From Owenia fusiformis (lineage: Eukaryota), in NCBI GenBank assembly GCA_903813345.2, contig CAIIXF020000001.1, forward strand, positions 20,336,001 through 20,400,000: a DNA stretch of 64,000 nucleotides, in the 5' to 3' direction. The notes under the pieces are model-generated. The model saw only the letters and a program-made list of their open reading frames with translations. It was not told the origin of the DNA and searched no databases. Numbering within the stretch: the stretch's first letter is position 1; every line of letters begins with the position of its first letter. Both the position numbers and the translations under genes were made by a program. Positions 55,006 to 64,000 of the stretch are shown piece by piece.

Positions 55006-58000
55006 TCATGTTGCTAGAATGTCAGTTAAAGATGTATTGGCACGATTGATGTAACTCATGACTGTTATACGGCCATCAGCCTCTCTTTGGAGTTTCTCAT
55101 CCGCCATCCTCCTGGCAGCAGAACCATCCATTTCATTTTTAATAAAGCTGCTAATTTTCTCTAAGGCTACATCCATTTGGTCTTGTAGAAGAGAGACTTT
55201 GGCACCATTGTCATTGGATTCCCCTTCCATACGATGAAGCTCTTGGCGATTATACTCCCCTCTATACTTATAATATTCAGCCATTGCAGAATGCATGCGA
55301 CGCTGGAGCATATTTAACTGAAACAAAATTCAATCTCAATTTATAATTATATTTTTTGATATTTAATTCAGCTCACCAATATTTAGATGAACTGTAAGTG
55401 AAAATGGATTTTGAGTAATACTAATCGAACTCCCTGATTTATATGATAATGATGATATCATAATATAAAATAACTAAGATAAATAAGTTAGTGCCAGTTG
55501 TGCTTTCCCTTATTTTCAAGATTGATATTGTAATAAAATAAAATATTATTTATATTACCTGTTTGAGATCTTTGATAGCTAATTCCATGGTAACTCTCTC
55601 ATCGTATCTATCCAATAACTTATTCTTCATTAAATTATGTTCATTTTGTAGCTGACGATATTTCGATGCAAGATTATCATTTTTGGTAAGGCGATTTTCC
55701 AAGTCTTCCTGCAAAATGAAAATGTGTCCAGTTGAATGATATTGCTTTTAATGAAGATGTTTAAAATCTAAAGTGGGACTTCAGCATGAGAAGCAGTGAT
55801 CCATATGCAACACCAACTATACCATCCACTCATTGCAATATTTACAAGGCTATAATTATTCAACCTCATACAACCCACTGTTGGTCTCTTAATTAATCAG
55901 TAAGTAAATAAATTTTATATACATTTTAATATTTTTTATATATATGTAACAATTGTCACAATGATTATGTTTCCATCTCATTGACACTTACATCATGTTG
56001 TTGTTTGACCTCCTGACGTAATCTCATATGTTCCTTGTGTTTCTTATCCAACATGCTGACCCGAGATTTGATCTGATCTAAGGAAGTCTTCAGATCATCC
56101 GTCAGATAGCTTCCTGCATCCAGTTGAATAGTTAGCTCCTCTAGTTCCATGCTAGAAGAATAAAAATGGTAATGAATACATGTAAAATGATATGCACTAA
56201 TTACCGATCCCATTTCAACTTCAAGAACAAGGCATTAACATGCAACATGTCAGCACTTCGACGCAGACTACAATGACTACCGAACACCATCCACATACAA
56301 GTTAGAGACAATGACAATACGTCACCACTTATACATATAAATCGTAGAAGTAACATTTGAAATACTGAGCATCATTGAAGCGCCTCATGTACTTTAATTA
56401 TTCCCTTATTACCTAATACATGTACTAATTTCTTACGTCAACTCCTTTATAGCTTTTTCAGCTTTCGACACTGCACGCACCATCATCACCTCTGAGTCGT
56501 CCATCTCTGTCATCTTGTTCTCCATCATCTCAGTTCGCCACTCAATATGGTCAATCTTTTTGGTTAAGTTGAGGACCATCGCTGTGAGAGATTTGTGTTT
56601 TGGTTCCAGATCATCTTTCTTGGATGTAAGTCTTCCTTCAACATCTGCATGTTTATCTTTTAATGTCTTAACATCAGTAGTGAGACCTTTCTTTTTCTGA
56701 AAATAAGCAACATACCGTGAATAATATCAGATTCTGGTTAGTAAATGCACGTTGAAATATTACAACCATTTGCTGATAAATTCTTTCATCTTTATATACA
56801 GTGAAACCTGTAAAGTAGAACACCTCTAGAAGTGGAACACCTCTGTTAGTGGTCCAAGACCAACTGACTTAATGTGAAACAAACCTCTATAAGTGAAACA
56901 CCTCCCATGTGGAACACTTTTTAGAGGTACCAAAGGTGTTCCAGGTAGACTGGTTGTACTGTATATGCAGTACTACATTGTACATTCAGAAATGGGCAAA
57001 TTATCATATCTTAACATTATATGTGACAAATCTCTTGAAATTCACAGACAGTTACATTACCTCATCTTTTTCCTTGGCATCCTTTCTCAAACTCTCTACT
57101 TCTTTCGAAATCTTTTTAACAGCAGTTGTGATTTCCAGGCACTTTTTCTCAATCTGAAATGAATCAGAATAAATTGAAAATATCATAATAAAAAATAATA
57201 AGATATTACAAGCATTCCTTGGTATATAGTATAAGTAATTGATTACTGTCATTGAACAGAATGTTGGATAGAAAGAAGAAGAAGACAAGAGAGGGGTTTA
57301 TTGTTTAAAAAGAAGGTTTCGGTTAGACTATTGATTTTGCAGGTCACAGCTTATTCTGATCATTTGTGGTATTTTAGCATCAGAGTTAAGGCTCTCAGGC
57401 ACTAGTTTAAAGGCTCCATTCAGTTTCAAATATGAAATATATTGTGTATTGTACAATATTGTACCTTTTCTTTTTTGATGAGATTCTCAGCCCTTGATTT
57501 GACCATGTCTTGACCATCGGAGTTGATTCTGGCCTGGATAATGGTGCGATTGTGCATTTCTTCCTTCACCTGCTTCCTTAGAGCATCAGCTGCAGCCTGG
57601 AGCATAGAGATAAAGACATTTTACATTCCTGGTATAATGGATATTGACTCATTATACACTTTATATACAGAGGTTATAGAATAATTCTGAGTTTTTCCAA
57701 AATATTACATTGACTCATTTATAATGTAGTTCACAACCCAATGTGAGATACCTTAAGGCTTTCCTCTACATGTAAAGTTCTGGCCTCCTCAGACTTAAGC
57801 TCCTCTTGTACTGCATTGTTGATAGTAGCTATCTGTGCAAAGTTGTCCAAAGTCATCTGCATCTGCTCGTCTGTCTTCACAAGCTCCTTGTTGATACGTG
57901 ACATACTTTTCTCATCTGCTGTCTTTTGTTTTGCACTATAATTTTAAATGTTTAGATTTCTATTGGAATGAAGCGGTGGATTTCAGATTGCAATTCTTTA

Positions 58001-61000
58001 TTATTTGCACTTTCTTAGCTGAAGCAGTCTGACCATAATTGCAAACTCCTGTCAATTACACTTTGTTTTCCAAATTCCAATCAATACTTGAATTAGTTAT
58101 TTACAATGATAAAACTATTTATAAATCAATTGATATTCAACCATTCTAGATATAAAATCTTTTGTCGGATAAACTTCATATTTTTCACATAATTCTTAAT
58201 CTTTGGGGTAAATCAACAACGAAAGACATTTCTTAAGAAATATTGAACTTGTACATGGCCAATCCACAACAGACCATACAATACCATTGATTCAAGGCAT
58301 GTACACTGTAATTGAGGTTGAACATAAACTCTAAAGCTACATCTGAATTTGTATATTAAGATAGATATCAAGCTGTGTTCCTACCACTCATTCAGTTTCT
58401 CCACGAGGTCCTCCACTTCCATATCTCTTTCCTGGTTGTCACGTCTTAGCACCTTCAATCTCTCCTCCTTCTGGTACTTGGCATTTTGAAGCTCTGTTAC
58501 AATCTCATCTCCAGTGCTTTTCTAAATCAACATATTTTTACTTTGCACTAAGTTAAAGGTATGGGTGTCAATTGTCTGACAATCTAGTACAATCCCAGAG
58601 TAAAATGCCCTAACATGAGCATACCATGTACAGTTAACAGGGACACAAAGTCAAGCAAATAAAATGAAACAGTTATTTATTTATCATTCAATTGTTACCA
58701 TCTTCAACCTTAGTCATGCTACAAGCATATTGCAAACATACCTTGATAAAATCCTGATCTCACTCATTATTAACTCTAATATAGATTAGAAGAGTAAAAT
58801 CCAATGCTTTAAAATGTGAATGTTAAAACATATAATGCTAACTATTACTTTCTTAAAAATATTCCATTAAATTACTGATGTAAAAGTTTATAATTGTGAG
58901 TAACTAACCTGAATATCTCTCTCAGATTCCAAAGTAAAGTTATCATTCTCGAGTCTTCTGTGTTCAAACTCAGCCTCCACAATGCGTGTCTGAAGTTCCT
59001 TCACTTTCTTGGCCTGCATTGCCTCAGATGCTTTGGCATTCTCACATTTCACCTCAAGCACAATGACTTCTTGCTCATTGTTGACTAAAGTAGTTCTGCC
59101 ATCATTCACCTGGTGTACATAGCTGTTGTAGGTTCTCTTTGTTTCAGCTAGGTCCTCACTAGAACAGAAATCATTCAAATTGTACATGTAATTGTAATTT
59201 TTAATTCCACCTCAATCAACCCAAGAACTACCCTGTTTTTCTTAACTATTGTATACATGTATAGCTGTATACAATGTATACATCAAAAATATCTTTAATA
59301 TATCCTCTTTAATATACTTACCCTTATTTTCATCAAAAATAGATTTAATATTCACTGAATATATTCACAATTCCCACTGACCTTATTTCATTGAGGTCTT
59401 TTCTGACAGCATCCAGGTCAACTTTCATATGTTTCCTCTCTGCAACAGCTTTAACATGAGCCTCATCTGATTTCAGCTGAACTTTGGCACATCTCATCAG
59501 AGTCACTTCTAATTCTTCTGCAGTCTGCAATTAAAATACCATCATATGTCATGAATTTTTCAGCACGACTTGTGGTTTAGACAATAAAAGTACATAGATT
59601 TTTCAGAAAATCGCAATATGTGTGGAACTGTGCATTGAAAATGATCATGCAAAATCAAAATATCAGAAGTTAATAAAATGTTATTGCTTACATACTCATT
59701 GCATATTATCAAAAAGGATTGCAAATTATGGTAGGTGTCATATACTTGAGTAAGACAAATATACATGAAGTATCATAAGAGCCAAAGTATTCATTTTAAC
59801 CTAGATTTACCTCATTCTGAGCAAAGTTTATTTTATCCATAGCTTCCCGTTCAAGGTCCAGTTTCTCCTCAACAAGGGGGCTGTCAACAAAACATGCTGG
59901 GTGAGAATCACAGAGAAAAAATAACAATATATAATGTTTAAGTGTGAGCTGTCCTTGGGCTGTGATGGTCATAATCCAAAAGCAGGCATCTATGAATCAA
60001 AGCTCCCAACACCTCCTTAAGGGACATTAAGTGTTTCGAGCCTCTGTCATTTTAGTGATGAAAGAATATGTGTATGAGCTTAAAATGTGTACAGTAGAAA
60101 ATATGATTGAAAATATTGTGAAAAATTACATACAGTAAAGTCATGCTTCACTTCTATTACAGAAGTTTTAATATTTCTATACTTGAATCATGCTTTTAAT
60201 AAGTGCCATATAAAACATGCATAGAGTGGATACAAGACATACCAGTGACTATTTACAAATGCTATGTCTTCGCTCAGTTGTTTGTTCAACATCTCAGCTA
60301 CACCCATCTTATTTTTTATTCTTGTTTCATGTCTTCCTTTGTAACTACAGTGCCATCTGAGTTCATTAATGTCTTGGGCACATGCTTCGTGTTCTGTAAG
60401 AAACACATAGACAGCCTTCTAATTAATATTGGAGAAGTGTTTACTCTTGACATAAATACCCCTATCTAAACAAAAGCTGCATGTACATTAAAATTTTTCT
60501 GATCATGATACTGACATTGATACCTATGGATTTGGAATTGCCAATTTTACTGAAAAATGAACTCTTGCTAGTTTTGATTAACATTTGGGAGTAAGCTGTA
60601 GCTAGCTTTTCTAATTTTTCAAGGGATTCCAATATTGCCAATTGAAATATTTAGCAAAACTGCCTATTTTGTCAACGTTTCCAATTTTGATTAGAAACAC
60701 TGTCAACTCTTACCATGTTGCACCTTCCTGGGCAGTTCAACTAATCGCTTTTTGGCTAAGTTATCTATTTTAGTTTGAAGCATTTCAACTTTAGCTCTTT
60801 CTGAATTCAGTTTTTTCTCAGTTTCCATGCGGTCATTCTCCAGTCTTGCTATAAGCACAATGACCTCACTGACAACTTCCTCTGCACCAAGGTAGGGGAT
60901 TTGGTAGTACATGGGCTCCTCTTGTATTACCTCTGGGGCTAAAAGTAAACATTAGTGCAGCATTTAATAAGAACATATAGATGTTTACTACAGTAGAAAT

Positions 61001-62448
61001 CTATCAGGTGAGGGCATCTCTTTGCCGCTGTCTATTAATAATTATCACATCCTTTGCGGTTACACCTATCATCTGGTTAGCAAACTTGGAATGTTGATTG
61101 AGTAAATATGAGTCAGGGATCAGTTACCAAGTTCACCAACTAACTGATAAATCAGTTTTGTTAGTTACTTGAAAGGTCAAAATAAAATCAATGATTACTT
61201 CAATAGTTCCAAGAATGCCTTAAATATTTTTACTCCCATGCACAGATTGCTTTTTGTACTATGTACCAATTTTTCTGTGAAATACCTGAATAATTACGTT
61301 CTGACTGCCTAGCATTAGCACCCATCCCTACAATACTCAGGCCAGAGGGTGTCGCTGATGAAGAGTGGGAGCTTACACTACTGGTACTCTGTAATCTCTC
61401 TGATGTGGTACTTAATGTGTCCCCATCTCTGAACCTCAATTGTTTTCTACTGCTTCCTCCTATTAAAGTTATACAAGATGTTAAGCTAAAGTATATTCTA
61501 ATTCAATGTTGATCAAATAAATAGTGCCACTATTATTTTTTGTACTTTCTAGAATCCTTTAAAAATATGGTGCCTTTCAATTTGATCCTTTTGAAGTTGC
61601 GTCCATAGAATGCAGTTGGCACAACTGTGACTAAAGACAGACAACAAATGAACTCCATATTTAATTTACAACATATGACAGATTTTTAGTTAAATTAAGC
61701 TATTTAAATGTTTTCTTTGTTGTCAGTTGTAAACCAACCTTTGAGGTCTGAAACAGCTGTGAAGCCTGTGCCCAGAGTGCGACCTGAAGATGCTCGACTG
61801 ATCATTTCTCTCTCTCGCTCTCGCATCCATTCTTCAATGATTGTCTGCAACAACTCGAGGTGAGAGTTAGCCTTGTTGACACATGTTGATACTGCATGGG
61901 TAAACTCACAGCTCCGCCAGCGGAACAGTTGAGGAATCTTAGGCCAATTATGTGGTAAATGAGAAACTGAATCTGCAAATGCAAAACACTCATAAAAACT
62001 ACGTACTTGTTAAGTGTCACGAGATTGGTGTTATGTCGATGTTTATATAAAAATTTTCAAATGTAAAGGAGGTATGAAATATTAAAGAGGCATTAACATA
62101 CAAAATGTCACTACCTGCCATTTGTTACAGATGACAAAAACCAAATGCCAGATACCAACCACCAAATGCCAAACACACTGGTGATCCGCTCGATTACGCT
62201 GGTTACCAAAACGAAAAAATAGCTCAGAAGATAACAGAATCGTCGATTTAATTCCTCACACGGTTTGGGTTAAAAGTGCAGATCGAGAGGATCACCAGTG
62301 AAACACCACCCACAAAGTTGGAAACTATAACAATATGTCACCACTTCTGATGGTGACATAATAAAAATGCTCTAATGCTGGTACCTTGAGCTTCCTCTTC
62401 CTCTCCCTCTATACCAGAGTCTCCTGAATCAACAGTCCTGATTGACAT
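55006..62448 (-). CDS. CCDC178: Coiled-coil domain-containing protein 178-like, 16 coding exons, ~912 aa
   Basis: Exons (minus strand): 62448-62385, 61972-61739, 61459-61286 (or 61298), 60938-60714, 60393-60243, 59880-59811, 59524-59382, 59158-58909, 58521-58385, 57935-57752, 57596-57465, 57153-57061, 56696-56437, 56151-55992, 55708-55559, 55317-55006. All GT-AG and phase-consistent. Motifs SCEFTHAVSTCVNKANSHL, RLENDR and ELPRKVQHEHEACAQDINELRWH resemble vertebrate CCDC178 as recalled. An acceptor at 62459 implies a further upstream exon. Confidence 0.85.
56799..56961. mobile_element. pogo/Tigger-like MITE (intact); further copies at ~49959-50125 and ~50424-50540
   Basis: TA-CAGTGAAACCTG...GGTTGTACTG-TA with repeated AAGTGGAACACCTC motifs. 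Confidence 0.75.
62176..62300. mobile_element. 125-bp internally deleted derivative of the 2154-2681 MITE
   Basis: Same termini CACTGGTGATCC...GGATCACCAGTG, plus blocks matching ~2337-2384 and ~2398-2422. Confidence 0.85.
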
Positions 62449-64000
62449 GCCACTTTCACCTAGAATATAATGATAGGAAAGTTTGTTAGAAAAAGTTTTA
62501 AAATGAAATAAGATTCTTTTCCTATAGACTCTACTATAAAATCTGGACAAGTCCTGAAATGGCAATTACAAAATTTATTAAGAACTAAAATGGCTGCAAG
62601 AACGCAAGATGGCCATCCAAAAGTTAATCAAATGTAGTGTTTGGTACCCTCTAATATAAGTACTTTGAACAAAATCCAATGAGTGGTTTCCTGAAATAGC
62701 AATGACAAAAAAGCAGGAAGCAACCATGTTCACACAACAGATATTTGACATTTACCATTTATATGAAGATCAATGAGGAGTCCTACATTATTTGCATACT
62801 ACTTTACAGGGTTGTCAAAAAATTGGAACATTTGTTAATTGTACATAGAACATACAGTATTCCTCTAAAATACACTTGAATTTTACTGAGGATAGCTTGT
62901 TCAATTGTTTATCAGCTGTAAAGTTTATAGGGACAATCCACAAAATGAATGCATTAAACTAGCCAATGTTTGATAAGACCCCCTTTCCTTAAATACACAA
63001 TTTTGTCACTACTTTTTCAAATAATCCTTCTTTCGAAGCTTTAGGGAACATGTTGATTGCTACTCACACTTACTAAATTAAATAGCATTGAGTTGAGTTG
63101 ACAAGAGGTATTAACTTATATTGTTTAGTCAAATTGTGTTCAGGCTAAGAAGGAATGTGTCAGAGGTGAGTGACTGCATAACCCGCAAAGCAATTCAAGT
63201 GATGAAATCATGGTTTCCATTTTCACTGACATACCAGATATTTACAAGGCCTTAAAGACCAACTCTGAGCAAATATAATATCATTTAAGTGTTCTGGAAA
63301 ACAAACCTCTTTTAGAAACTAAAAAGAAAATTGTGATTACTACATCTTGGAACTATATTGGTGAAAGGGCCTTACTTATCAGTTGAAACAGACCCAGCCC
63401 TCATTCTGGTGAAATATATTTCATCAGTAATATACCCAACAATAAACATCAACTTGATATTTGATACCTGGAATCATACCTTGAATCAGTTTTGACACAA
63501 AATATTGATTATGTTACCAGATTTGACCTTTCAAGGCAAAAATATTGGAGGTTTGGCCAAGTTTGACAAACAAACTGCATATTGAATAATTTATTTTGAA
63601 ACTGGGCCCTGGTTTGAACTTGTAATTCGGGAGAAGGGGAGTCATATCACAGTCTGGCAAATAAGGATTTTTTCACTATAGCCAAATTTGTCCAGAGACA
63701 TTTGAAACACTCTCGCCAAAATATTTTTTGTCTGGCCATAATTTTGTCTAGTCAGCATAAATTTTGCCCTCATCTTAAACTGTGCATGAATTGCGAATGG
63801 TAAATTAAACTGCTTAAAATAAGTGGAAAGGCCACACATGTCTGTTTCCTGATCAATGAAGTTTCAGATTTGGGGTAGGCAGGTAGGTAGGTTGGGAAAA
63901 TCTTACAAATAATTTTTTGAGGGTAAATTAGACAGAGCATGGTGATCAAATGTCTATACTAGAGTTGTATGTACTAACAATATAGATAAAGAAAATTGTG

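Overview
AT-rich, intron-containing eukaryotic DNA, most likely from an invertebrate animal (species not determinable). There are no prokaryotic operons, CRISPR arrays, rRNA genes or intact tRNAs, and most short ORFs in the track are noise or single exons. Three intact host genes can be built by hand: an intronless galactose-3-O-sulfotransferase (27963-29426,+), a 10-exon 541-aa 26/29-kDa-type cathepsin L-like protease (34717-52196,+), and a convergent 16-coding-exon ~912-aa CCDC178-like gene (62448-55006,-). The rest is mobile and repetitive DNA: a 5'-truncated Tx1-like LINE with a 14-bp TSD, an L2/CR1-group LINE fragment, 140-bp and 110-bp satellites, a foldback palindrome and several MITE families. 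Four observations stand out. (1) A 10.8-kb CACTA-like unit with a 3-bp TSD and no visible transposase splits a small MITE and fills most of cathepsin intron 4. (2) Four MiT/TFE (CLEAR/M-box) sites lie just before the cathepsin ATG. (3) A cathepsin intron/exon junction is triplicated, creating decoy splice acceptors. (4) A decayed spliced gene at ~10.4-20.2 kb, invisible in the ORF track, loosely resembles actinoporin-like pore-forming proteins. All calls come from manual reading; no database search was run.
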